The notes below the pieces were generated by a model. It was not told the DNA's origin and ran no database searches. It saw only the letters and a program-made list of their open reading frames with translations. From contig OZ024741.1 of the NCBI GenBank assembly GCA_964016885.1, forward strand, positions 69,130,001 through 69,194,000: a stretch of DNA of 64,000 bases, read 5' to 3'. The stretch is from Eledone cirrhosa. Lineage: Eukaryota. Positions 1-11,624 of this stretch are shown here, one piece after another. Both the position numbers and the translations under genes were made by a program. The stretch's first letter is position 1; the number at the start of each line of letters is the position of its first letter.

Positions 1-79
1 AATTGATTTATAATGATATAATATGTGTTTGTTTCGAATATAATTATATAATTTTGCCTGTGTTTGTGTGGATGTGTAT

Positions 80-101
80 TTATATATATGCATGTGTGTG
101 C

Positions 102-143
<42 letters not shown>

Positions 144-165
144 CACACACATATATACGCATATA

Positions 166-208
<43 letters not shown>

Positions 209-211
209 GTC

Positions 212-250
<39 letters not shown>

Positions 251-259
251 GTCTATGTG

Positions 260-296
<37 letters not shown>

Positions 297-315
297 GTCT
301 ATGTGTATATGTATA

Positions 316-376
<61 letters not shown>

Positions 377-395
377 GTCTATGTGTATATGTATG

Positions 396-452
<57 letters not shown>

Positions 453-490
453 CTGTGTGTGTGTGTGTGTATATATATACGTATGTGTAA
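80..490. repeat. Compound (TA)n/(TG)n microsatellite with recurring 'acatgtctatgtgtatatgta' interruptions
   Basis: Seen directly. It explains the YI/IY ORFs at 3-545. Confidence 0.95.
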
Positions 491-919
491 TCAAGTAAGT
501 TCTCCCTCTCCACCATTATGCACTAGGAACACCAGAAAAGTTTAAGGCAGTCGATTTAGCAAAGTCGTCAGAGCGTTGGATATTTGTTCTGGGTCTCTGC
601 ATTCTGAGTTCAAATCTCGCCGAGGTCCATTTTATTTTGCCTTTCATCCTTTCGTGGTCGATAAAAAAAGTACCAGCATAGTGCTGGTGCAGCCCTCTTT
701 TCCTCCAGCTGTCATATCCTGTAGGTTCCGCTGGATCAAAGGAAGGGAGATAGGGTCGAGATGATATCTCCTTACTGGCGACATAAAACAGCAAGTCTGA
801 AGAGAAGAGCCCTCACCTCAAGCGAGTGTTTCGGCCCTTTACTACCAAGTCATACTCATTGCGAATGACGGCTGCAATTTATATATGTATACACACATAC
901 ATATCCGTATGTGTTTCAT

Positions 920-1042
920 GGCTGAGAGAAAAGAGTACTCAATACCGAAGCAGAGTTTAAATATTCATTTTATTTAGGCTAAATAGTGTTTCGCCTGTTT
1001 ATCACAGGTTCATCAGACACGTTCATGCCTCACTATTCAGCC
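920..1042 (-). mobile_element. Small Penelope-like (PLE) repeat with a decayed minimal hammerhead motif (family H2)
   Basis: The minus strand reads CTGATGA-acctgt-gataa-acaggc-GAAAC. It is homologous to 34023-34123 but lacks the 18 nt carrying stem III and the cleavage triplet. Confidence 0.6.
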
Positions 1043-1186
1043 TTTATAAAATTCACACACACACACACACCATGTGTTTAGCTGGCTCCCTGTATCAAGA
1101 AAAGAAATTCTTTTTCGGAGAAATTATTGGATTCTTCCAAATTTAAAGGTTTTTTGTTTATTTTTGCAGTGTTTTTATAGGTTTTT

Positions 1187-1246
1187 ACTGTCTGAAGAGC
1201 TCAGGCTTTCATAACTGATAGTCCTCAGTGAAATATGTATAACGGT
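1187..1246 (+). ncRNA. Minimal type I hammerhead ribozyme motif (family H1)
   Basis: Stem I is ACTGT (1187-91)/ACGGT (1242-46). The core is CTGAAGA (1192-98). Stem II is GCTCAGG/CCTCAGT with 1 mismatch, followed by GAAA (1230-33). Stem III is the short, near-palindromic ATATGTAT, with cleavage triplet AUA (1239-41). Confidence 0.65.
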
Positions 1247-2127
1247 GTTTTAAATAATCCTGAATCAACTGAATATGGCCTCCGATCTTTTACACATACA
1301 TACACATATCCGTTGAGTTTGTTTAACATTACCTATTGAGTACGCTGAGATGCAACCGGTCTTAGCAGTGATACCTATGCTAGTTCCGTCAACTTTTAGA
1401 GTCCAGGATTGGCTGAGTGGGTAACGAATTGGATTCACAATCGTGAGGCTGTGAGTTCGATTCCTGGACCGGGCAATGCGTTATGTCCTTGAGCAAGACA
1501 CTTTATTTCACGTTGATCCTTCTACCTGGAGTTGCGATCGATAGATAGTATTAGCAATTTGAAAAACTAACGGAAACATTGTTTCTTCGGTCCGATTTGA
1601 CGAAAGTCGATCGACTGTCGATACATATATATATATACCAAAATAACAGGATATATGAACAATCATACAAACTGGGAAATGAATTTTGATAAATTAATGG
1701 CTTGCATAAGAGAAAACAGTTTATTTCGACTACTGACATGGAGTAGAAGTGATTTATGATGAGAATTATATTTCAATAATTTATTTCTAGGATATAATTT
1801 CATAAATGTTCAACATATATGGAAGGTGTCCCGTGAAGAAGACTGGCTGTTGTAGTGGGTGTCCCTGGCCATTCTCCGCAGAAGTGCCTTGACCATGTTT
1901 TCTCCAGGGCGCAGCTGAAACATACCACTTAGGGGTATTGTCTGACGCCTCTCTTTTCCTTTTCTTTCGTTACTTAATTTTTGACAACGCTTTATACACG
2001 AATGCGTGTTATACACAGAAGAATACGCTACTTGGCTCTGATGATGAAACATACAGATGTAGAACTTTTCTAACAACTGGTAAAAGATTTATCCTATCTT
2101 TCTATCTCTCTCTGGCAGTCCATGTTA

Positions 2128-2350
2128 AGGTGTGTGGTCTAGGGTGTTGGACTCACCATCGTAAGGTTGTGGGTTCGATTGCTGGACCGGACGGCGATTT
2201 ATTCTTCAGCAAGACGCTTTATTTCACGTTTCTTTTCATGACAAGACTGAAAGACGTTTTATTATAACACCCCAAAAAGCTCCTATGAGATGCAATCTCG
2301 TAGGAGGTTAGCTAAACCTGCATAGGTGTGAGCTGTAAATTTCATTTCAT
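2128..2350 (+). mobile_element. tRNA-derived SINE, group 2 (cttgagcaagacac core)
   Basis: It has a tRNA-like head with B box GGTTCGATT and the core 'ttcagcaagacgctttatttcac'. The tail is shared with copies at 63412-63960. Confidence 0.7.
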
Positions 2351-3339
2351 TCCATTTGCCTATCCTCTTTCGTTTAATATTCGTGTCTGTCTGTCTGTCC
2401 ATTTCTCACGATCGCCCAACAAAGACGTTGTCCAGAGAAAGAAAACAATACTGTTTTGGGTATAATTTGAATATGAATACAGGATCGATGAGAGGATCAA
2501 TACAAATAACACGGTGATCGATTTAAATTCGAAAATGAGGAGGAGTGAACAGTAGAACAAGGCAGATTGTGGAGTTTCTGATTCAGCTGCGCGGAAATCT
2601 TTATTTCACCCCGAGGATTCTCGCACTAATGAATGAAAGCCGATGACACAAATTTTAAACCGACATTTTCAAAAAGCGAGCGACAAGGGAAAGGAAACTA
2701 AAATCGAATTGCTATTAGTTTGTTGTAAATTGATGTTGCTAACGGCGATTGTTGTAGAATGTTGCGAAAAACTCAATTAATTCGTTTAACAGAAGAATGA
2801 TAGCAAAAAAGCAAAAATAAGATAAACGAAAAGAGGCGATGTTTCATTAATAACTACAAAAGCTTTGACAATTTATCTCCTCAGAAACTATGAAGTGTTA
2901 CAAGCTACCACCACCTAGTCGCCGCCGTCATCGTCGTGAACACCGTTATTGTTGCTGTTTGGATATATTACATTCGCTATTATAATCAGTATTACCGCTG
3001 TCAGTCATAACCATCTTTATCGCCACCGTCTCTCTATAAACACAGTTTCCATCATTTACGGTCACCGCTATCTCTCTTATTGTCACAGCCGGCGTTGTCA
3101 TCAATACTATCACCAACATAACCTCCGTCGTTGTGTCGAATAGAATGTCTTTCTGTGCTCTGAGTTCAAATCACTTTGGTCCTTTAATCTTTTCGGGGCT
3201 GGTAACTAAAAGTATTAACCCCAGGGAGGTGGGTAGATTAGCAGAATTATTAGAGTTGAACGAGATGCCTTGCGTTATTTATCCTGATTTTTAGCGTTTT
3301 GACGGCAAAACTTGCACCAACTATATTAATCCTTACGAT

Positions 3340-3498
3340 TTCAACCGATGGCCCTGTATGTAGTTCTGTGTCTTTCGTTTGTATTTTTACTTTCGAAAAA
3401 TAATTTTTAAAGGTTTTCCCTTAATTTTTTTTCCGTTGTGCCTTCTTTTCGTTCGTTGTCTTGTCCTCTCTTTGTTGATTTTGCAAAGTTTATATATA
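3340..3498 (+). mobile_element. Dispersed repeat ending in (TA)n, probably a LINE 3' UTR
   Basis: Clear similarity to 51310-51450 ('ctgtgtc.ttcgtttgtattttt ... tgtcttgtcctc ... aagtt.atatata'). Family assignment is inference. Confidence 0.5.
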
Positions 3499-3697
3499 TA
3501 GGCGTCAAATAGACCGGCAAATAGGGTATATTGGTATTAATAATTTAGTGTTAAAAAAATATATATATTGCCACGTAAAAGCCATAAAAAATCGCGGAAG
3601 ATATTTACGATTCCGCGAATATGCGGGGGGTTTCCACGAACAATTATTAGTTAGGTTCTAAGGAAAATTTCGCGAATAACCGAGAGTACACTGTGTA

Positions 3698-3746
<49 letters not shown>

Positions 3747-4329
3747 CATTCAAGTTGCGTGGCCTAGTGGTTATGGTGTTAGACTCACAATCATGAGGTC
3801 ATGTAATCAGTTCCTTAATCGGAGGACATATTCTATTCTTCAACAAAATACTTTATTTCACGTTGCTCCTTGTGCCCAGCAATGGAAATACTAATGGAAA
3901 TATTGATTCCTTAGTCCGATTGGCTCCTTTCACCCCCCCCTCTCTCTATATATATCTATCTCACGTGCACTCTCTCTCTCATTGAAATTCTATTGATAGG
4001 AACTTTTAACAAAATAGTATCAACTATTGATATGAAATGATAATTAAAAGAACAAAAGGTAAAATGTAATTGCATTTTTATGTTTGTGGAAACACAGCCA
4101 TTAACCAAGATATTTAATAACAATTCAACATGGCATAGAAAGAGAAGTACGACAATACCTTATTGATGGTAATATTTAGAACAGAAACAAGGTAGTGGAT
4201 TGACAGAATTGGTAGAGCGTTGGATAAGAGAACATCGCGGCATTTGCTCTGTTACATTCTGTTTTCAAATCCTGACAAATTCAATTTTGCATTTCATTCT
4301 TCCGGGATCGATAAAAAAAAAATCAATTT

Positions 4330-4900
4330 TGGAGGGAGGGGTAAGTTGATTAAATCGACCCCCCCCCCCCCCCATTGTGTTACTAGTATTTTATTTTATC
4401 GATTCCTCCGTAAGGATGAAAAGCAAAGCTAACCTCGGCGGGATTTGAACTCAGAACGTAAAGGACCGTAACTCAATGCCACAAAGCATGTTCTCCGACG
4501 CCCTACCGATACTGCCAATCCATCGCCATATTTATAATAATAATTGTTTCTACTTTTTGGCACAAGGCCAGCAATTACTCAGTACATTACTGGTACTTTA
4601 TTTTATCGACCTCGTAAGGATGAAAGGCAAAGTTGAACTCGGACCGTAAAGGGACGTAACTCTTTGCTGCAAAGCATGGTGTCCGACCCTCTACCGATAC
4701 TGCCAATACAATAATAATGATTTCTGATTTAGGCACGAGCCAACTATTTGAGGGGGGGGGGTCGATTTAAATCAACCCCAATGCATTACTGGTGCTTTAT
4801 TTTATCGCTTCTTCGGTAAGGATGAATGCAAAACTGAACTCAGAACGTAAAGGGTTGCGAAGCATCTTGTCTGACGCTCTCCCGATTCTGCCAATCCACA
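4330..4900 (-). mobile_element. Three head-to-tail copies of tRNA-derived SINE group 1
   Basis: Repeated reverse complement of 'tggcagtatcggtagag...ctgagttcaaatcccgccgaggttaactttgcctttcatccttacggggtcgataaaataaagtaccagt', separated by (TAA)n tails. Confidence 0.9.
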
Positions 4901-5139
4901 CAAGTTGTAATAGTAGGATTTAAGTAATTTCACAACTATGGTAACAAAAAATGTCAATAAAAAAAAAATCTGATTTTATAAATGAAAAGTGTTTCTTTAG
5001 CTAAAATATTACTTTTATTCTCTTTCTTTATATTTTATCTGGTCTTATTTAATTAAAATAAAACATGATAAAATTGTAATTTTTAAAAAAGTTTGTAATT
5101 GAATTATTTCCAAGTTGTATTTCTGCTTTTTTTGGTTTA

Positions 5140-5232
5140 AATGTATGTTTGTATAAATGTATGTTTGTATAAATGTATGTTTGTATAAATGTATGTTTGT
5201 ATAAATGTATGTTTGTATAAATGTATGTTTGT
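5140..5232. repeat. 16-bp tandem repeat (aaatgtatgtttgtat), about 6 copies
   Basis: Seen directly. Confidence 0.9.
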
Positions 5233-5391
5233 CGATAAATTGTGTATTGTTTTGTTTGTAAATACGAGTATATGAATGTTAATGTATATGTATGTAGTGT
5301 TTGCGAGTAGAGATGTTTATATATATATATATATAATGTGTGTATATATGTGTGTATATATAATGTGTGTATATATATGTGTGTATATATA

Positions 5392-5426
<35 letters not shown>

Positions 5427-5830
5427 TGGTGGGGTCTATTTTAGATGTGTTCGCTGGTCTAGATTTGTTGTACAATTGTGTAACGTTAATAAAAATATTG
5501 TAAGTGCGAAAAGTGTGGGCTCATTCCCCACTCCTCCTCTATCATTCTGCCTCCTCTCTTTCACTTCTCTCTCCCCTATCTCTCTTTCTTCCTCCTATCT
5601 TTTCCTATCTTTCACCTTCTCTCTCCTTCCCCTCTCAAGATGCTTTTTATCGTTATTGTTGTTGATGATAATAATAATAATGACATCTTTTACAAATTTT
5701 ACTGAAGTTGTATTATTTATACGATTGCTATCAACTTCAGTGAGTAAATCAAATTTGATATAGTGTACACCCCCCCCCCCCCCCACCACCATACTCAATA
5801 CTTCTCGTGTCATCCTAAAAAGATAATATA

Positions 5831-5908
5831 CAGGATATCCCCCCAAAATGTATACACACTTCAACATATTCTAATAAATATATGTATACATTTTTGATGG
5901 ACACCCTG
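5831..5908. mobile_element. Tc1/mariner-type MITE (~80-100 bp family)
   Basis: TA | CAGG.T.TCCCCC...GGACACCCTG | TA. Other copies lie at 9119-9214, 15379-15478 and ~32171-32267. Confidence 0.8.
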
Positions 5909-6289
5909 TATATATATATATAGAAAAGCAGCCGTAAAGATCTTTGCTGCAAGCTACATAGCGCATTTCTGCAGGTGTCTCACAGAATTTGTTTACCAAT
6001 ATTAAAGGTTAAGAAGAAAGCAAAGCAACAATAACGGTTTTTCTTCTTTAAAGTTTTCATTCTGTATCCATTTTCTCATGCTTTTTTTTATTTTTTTTCT
6101 GTAATTTTGCGGCATGTCATAGTATTGGTGGGGCTGTTTACACCTCTCATTTGTAGTATCTTATTTTCATGTTTGAGTATTATCTTGATTGGAAATTACT
6201 AGATGTTATTTACTAACTAGTAAATGTTGCCACAGGCGAAATCGAAAAATTCAGAATCCGACATCATGACACTACTACTACTATTGATA

Positions 6290-6738
6290 ATGATGATGTT
6301 TTTGCAACAGATACAATGTATCTTCATCTTGTGCTATCACTGTATCAGTTTTTGACGAACCATGACGTTCGATCTCGGGCGAGATACCATACTTCTGCGG
6401 TTTTGATGTTGAAATTGTCAAAAAAGGACCTCTTTTGACGACCCCTGACACGCTTCCCAGGAATTTTTCTTCTAATGGAAAGGCCTTGGTTTTGCACCTA
6501 GAAAGTTGCCCTCCAATCCTGGGCAAGGTGTTTTTGTGGAAGACCAGCTGTCGCCCATGCATACCAGGGAAAGGCAAAGGTCGATAGAGCTTGGCACAAG
6601 AGACGTAATTAATTTCTACAGCTGAGTGAACTCTAGCAACGAACGTGAAATAAAGTGTCTTGCTCAAGGACTCAATGCATCAACCGGTCCTGAAATAGAA
6701 CTCACAACCTACGCTCTAACACTAAGCCACGTACCTTC
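6290..6738 (-). mobile_element. tRNA-derived SINE, group 2, long-tailed subfamily
   Basis: The head and core are 'gtgaaataaagtgtcttgctcaagga...ctaagccacg', the tail ends in (CAT)n on the element strand, and a partial duplicate follows at 6765-6850. Confidence 0.75.
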
Positions 6739-6933
6739 TATCTAAAGGTGTATATCTATATTATTTATACAGCTGAGTGAACTGTGGCAATATGAAATAA
6801 AGTATCTTGCTCAAGGATACAACGCTCTAACCACTAAGCCACGCGCCTTCATTCTAAAGGTGTATATCTGTGACATGTTTTTGTTTCACCGTTTTGCTTG
6901 TCAACCGCCATCTTCTCATTACTGTCTCTCATT

Positions 6934-7113
6934 CGGTGAATTGGCAGTATTGGTAGAGGGTCAGACACGCTTTCCAGCGTAGTTACGTCCCTTTACGATC
7001 TGAGTTCAAATCCCGCTGAGGTTAACTTTCTTCATCCTTACGGGGTCGATAAAATAAAGTACCAGTAATGTACTGGGTAATTGCTGGCCTTGTGCCGAAA
7101 GTAGAAACAATTA
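6934..7113 (+). mobile_element. tRNA-derived SINE group 1
   Basis: A box TGGCAGTATTGG, B box GAGTTCAAATCC, conserved core and the tail 'gtagaaacaattatt'. Confidence 0.9.
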
Positions 7114-7248
7114 TTTGCTTCTACACTTGTACACTTTGTCCTTATAAAGAATAATACAATGAAAACTCTTTCTATAATACAGATTATTCTATTTGTATAA
7201 CAATCGTATGAATAGTCTGACAACACAGTATACATGTCTCCTTTTTAA

Positions 7249-7451
7249 CCCTTTAGCATTCACATTATTTTATATATACTATTATATTTTCATGGTAAAG
7301 GCTTTACCTCGCATACATAATATCTCACATATTATCGAATCTATGAGATTTTGAAAGTATTTATTTTGAGAACAATACCTTAACATCAGTTTGAGCGACC
7401 AGTTTCAACAGATAGAGGTAGAGAATTCTGGCCGGTTTGAACATTAAAGGG
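7249..7451. mobile_element. piggyBac-type MITE family A
   Basis: TTAA | CCCTTTAGCATT...AAAGGG | TTAA. Further copies lie at 33455-33580, 35314-35523, ~35745-35927, ~53690-53780 and 59992-60212. Confidence 0.75.
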
Positions 7452-7465
7452 TTAAGAAATTAAAA

Positions 7466-7690
7466 AGTTTAAAGTTGTCTCAAGCCGGAGACTCATCAGG
7501 CCAATCTTATCCCGGTTTCTTTGGCTTTAAGCGACTGAGAGTACAAGACTTCCCTCTGGATATGACGCCAATCCATCGCAATGTAGACACCCAACCACAA
7601 CTGGTACTCATTTTCAGCTGAGTAGACTGGAACAACGTGAAATGAAGTGCTTTGTTCAAGAACCCAACACAGGAATCGAACCCACGGTAT
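7466..7690 (-). mobile_element. SINE group 2 subfamily with tail 'gaaaccgggataag..ggcctgatgagtctccggcttgagac'
   Basis: Homologous to the + strand copy at 12578-12851 and to the split copy at 28459-29967. Confidence 0.75.
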
Positions 7691-8120
7691 TTTCATTGTA
7701 TGAACATTATGCTTTACGTAAAGGCGCGTGGCTTAGTGATTAAGGCATTCTACTCACGATCGTACAGCATTGAGTTCGATTCTTGGTTGCGCATTGTTTT
7801 ATTTATACCATAATACCAATATTCCACAGTCACATTAATCGTCTTTAACTCTATATATTTGACATTTCTGAATACATTATGTCTCTTATGATCTCTCTCA
7901 CGAGATGAATTTTTGCTGCTCCACTCGAATTTCATAGACAGATTTTAAATTTTTATTTTACATTGGCTAAATTGTCTGCGCCGCGCCATAATGATATTAA
8001 TATACAATACTTAGACAATTGTGTCATAGCATTCCATCGCGTATTTACCGGCCATCAGACATGATATGGTATGAAAAGTAGAACTAATAGTAGGGCGGTG
8101 GATTGTCAGAGTTGTTGGAG

Positions 8121-8237
8121 CAGTCATGGGAATATTGCGGCCCGCGAGCTGCATGTGGCCCCTTTGGCTTTCTGAATGGCACGTCTAATTTCAAAATTGC
8201 CTTGCATTTTTTAGCTCGAAAAAGGTTGCCATTTCTG
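8121..8237. mobile_element. hAT-type MITE nested in a SINE head
   Basis: The ends are CAGTCATGGG...GGTTGCCATTTCTG with a degenerate 8-bp TSD (tgttggag/tgttagaa). It belongs to the same family as 43025-43312, and the SINE continues on both sides (8092-8437). Confidence 0.65.
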
Positions 8238-9079
8238 TGTTAGAATGTCAGATAGATAGCTTTGCAATATTGATTTTAGTTATCTGCGCTCTGAGTTCAA
8301 ATCCCGGCAAGGTCAACTTTACTTTGTATCCTCTCGGGTTTGATAAAATAAAGTATCACTTAAGTACTGTGGTAGATATAATACACTTTACCTTTCTACC
8401 AAATTGCTGACCTCGTGTGAACGTTAAAAATAAGTATTGTTTACTTCTGTTACATAATAAACTGAATGAAACAGTACTAGTCCTGTAGAAGTGCTTTCTG
8501 TTTGAAATCAAATATGTACCCTCTATAAATGGAAGTATCAGTAATGAAATTCGTTGTCTCTGTGTTTGTCCATTTATTTGTAAGCTGTTTCTTCCAAATA
8601 AGAATAATTTTACTCTTGAATTGTATTAAAACGTGTAACATGGCATGTGCCACGTTCAGATTTAATATTTTGGCAATGAGGAGCGTGATGGGGTAGGGCG
8701 AGAGTAACGGAAGAAATCAAAGCAAAGTTATTTTGGAGAACAACTAGAGCACCTGCTCATCCCCCTCTTGCTATCTATCCTTCCTTCTTTTTCATTCTTC
8801 TCAGCACGTGCCGTCACGTTAATCAGTTTCATGAGAGTAGTTTAACTATACCATCTTATTACATTATGTTAGTGGTAGTGATTAGAGCTTAGGATAATCT
8901 GGTTACACACATACACACACACATACATACATTGCACATGATCGGTTTTTTGGGCTTGGCTTTCCCTGGCTCTCATTCAGCTGTTCTCATTTACATACAT
9001 TCAAATACACATGCATGGTCTCTTTCTTGCTTTCCCTGTATTTCTCATTCAGCTGCCTCTTTCCTCCACTATATATATA

Positions 9080-9122
<43 letters not shown>

Positions 9123-9212
9123 GTCCCCAAAAATGTACACAAAGGCTGTGCATTCTTATAAATATTGCCTGTACAAGTAATCAAAGTTTGTATACAATTT
9201 TAGGACACCCCC

Positions 9213-9298
<86 letters not shown>

Positions 9299-9628
9299 CT
9301 CCAGGCTATAATGATCGCTTCTACAAGCATGAAACAAGGGAGTCGATGAAAAAAATAAAAAAGGGATTAGCGTGAAGATTATTTCCAACATAAGAGCAAA
9401 GTTGTTGTTTTACTGGGCGTCCTTTTTATTGTAAGTCAGCTGTTTCTTTGAATAACTATGATCAGAAAAATGATTCTGCCTTTTGTAAATAGATAACTGG
9501 TTAACTGTAAAAACTTAACATTGACTCAGTTCACCTAGCTGTCGAGCAGATACAAGTTATAACGACATTAAAAGCTGCTGAATGGAGAAGAACGCTGTAT
9601 AACAAACAAACTCAATTATATAACAAAG

Positions 9629-10138
9629 GGTGGTGGATTGGCAAAGTCGGTAGAGCGTCAGACACCATGCTTCGTAGCATAGAGCTACATCCCTTGACGT
9701 TCTTGATTCAAATTTCTCCGATGTTAGCTTTGCCTTTCAGCCTTACGTGGTCGATAAAATATAGTACCAGTAAAGTTAGTTTTGCTTTGCCTTGCATCCT
9801 TACGGGGTCGATAAGCTAAAGTACCAGTAACGCACTGGGATCGATTTAATCGACTTTCCCCTCCCCCGTAAAAATTGTTGGCCTTGTTTCTAAATCGGAA
9901 ACCATTATATAACACAGAGGGCGGGGGATTGGCAGAGTCGGTAGAGTATCGGACAACACGCTTCGTGGCATAGTTACGTTCATTTACGTTCTAGTTTCAA
10001 ATTTCTCCAAGGTTAACTTTGCCTTTCATTCTTACGAGGTCGATAAAATAAAGTACCAGTACCGCAATGAGTTCGATTTAATCGACTCCCCTTCTCCCCA
10101 AAAATTGTTGGCATTTTGCCTAAATCAGAAACCATTAC
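9629..10138 (+). mobile_element. Two head-to-tail SINE group 1 copies; the first has a duplicated core
   Basis: Two heads 'gg.ggattggca.agtcggtagag' at ~9630 and ~9920, and three core motifs. Confidence 0.9.
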
Positions 10139-10387
10139 ATAACACAAACACTCTTGTACATAGACATGGTATGGTTGTGTGGTTAACGGTTCGATTGGAA
10201 AGTAAAATTGACTAAATAGAAATTGTGTTGGGTACATGGTAGCTAGTCTTTACCTGCAGCTTCGTTATAATATTCATACTTGTAATGTGCTTGACTCACT
10301 CATAACTTGTATGAAGTCCTTGACAAAATGGCGGTAAATCAGTCCATGTCATTTTGACAGGTACAAAAATTGTGTGAGGGACCGTCA

Positions 10388-10996
10388 TCTCCTTATAATA
10401 TATAACCAGCAATTTCTCTGTCTGTCTGTCCGACAGTGGAAACACGTGCGCGCGTGGTTGCTATCTCTCTCTCTCTCTCCAGCTATCCCTCTCTTTTAGT
10501 CTGTCTGTTTCTCTCACTCTCACTCTTTCTCTTTGTAACACACTAACATTCCTCCCCTCTATCGCTGTGACGAATGGGGAGATGGAGGAGGAGGAGAGAG
10601 TCACTTCGTCACTTCACCTCTGCCGTTCTTTCTCCCCCCTCTCACTCCCTCATTACGTACAGACATTAGGGCGGTGGATTGGCAGAATCTGTAGAGAGTC
10701 GGACACCATGCTTCATAGCATGGAGTTACGGTCTGAGTTCAAATACCGCCGAGGTTAACTTTGCCTTTCATCCTCACGGGGTCGATAAAATAAAGTACCA
10801 GTAATGTACTGGGTAATTGCTGGCCTTGTGCCAAAAGTAGAAACAATTATTAGAAACATTGCTTCATTTTTACATATCTAAGCATTAGTAAAATAACTAA
10901 TAATTTCAAAAGTAATTTTTCAATTCCAATTGTTATGAACAGCAAAACATTAATAATAATTTTGTTCTAAGAAATATATATACATTTCTGTGTGTG

Positions 10997-11035
<39 letters not shown>

Positions 11036-11624
11036 AATATATATACATTTCTGTGTGTGTAATATATATATATATATACACACACAGAAATATATGGGCA
11101 TTTCTCTGTTTGTCTGTCTGTCTGTCCTTCCCTAAAACTCAAATGTAGGTGCTACAGAAATATTACCTTCCCCTTCCTTTCCCCACTTTGGTACTACCAA
11201 GAGAAACACTGTCGCTATAGAAACATTACCTTCCCCTCTCCACTGACTTTGGTCACTGAGGCCGAGGGAATCGCTGGTTGCTATAGAGACACCTTGCACA
11301 AGCCAGAAGTAACCAGTTCGAGGCGGTTCTGACTTGACACCATGCCAAGGACCATTTGAAGATATATTTCCATCGTTATATCATAACGTTTATGTATCAT
11401 AACGTTTATATTTCCGTCACTAATCTCTTTTTTTCGTTTTAACATATATTTATTTCAAAGATTTCACCGTATAGATAACATATATATTTATACATGCATA
11501 AAAGACACACCGAGAGACGGTGAACATGTGGTGCCGAAAACATTTCTCATCCAAATCTCAACAATATCAGTATATACACTAGATTTGCTAGCAGAAAACC
11601 GCCCACCGGGTGGTTTTCTGCTAG
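10388..11624 (+). mobile_element. Non-autonomous Helitron-like element, family A (contains a SINE at 10669-10852)
   Basis: The 5' end is A|TCTCCTTATAATATA followed by (CTGT)n. The 3' end is the hairpin CTAGCAGAAAACC-N-GGTTTTCTGCTAG ending in CTAG, and the same 3' end recurs at ~19305-19343. The 5' boundary is less certain. Confidence 0.6.

Noticed and set aside
2034-2060. ctCTGATGAtGAAACatacaga hammerhead-like string
   Set aside because: There is no stem II between CUGAUGA and GAAA and no supporting second copy.
7489-7522. CUGAUGAG and GAAAC in the SINE tail (possible type II hammerhead)
   Set aside because: Stem III and stem II cannot be formed convincingly, and the 18-bp array derived from it has no GAAA.
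10321-10359. YY1-like AAAATGGCGG within a short imperfect hairpin, and an ETS-like ACTTCCGG at ~33608
   Set aside because: Single short motifs are expected by chance in 64 kb and have no independent support.
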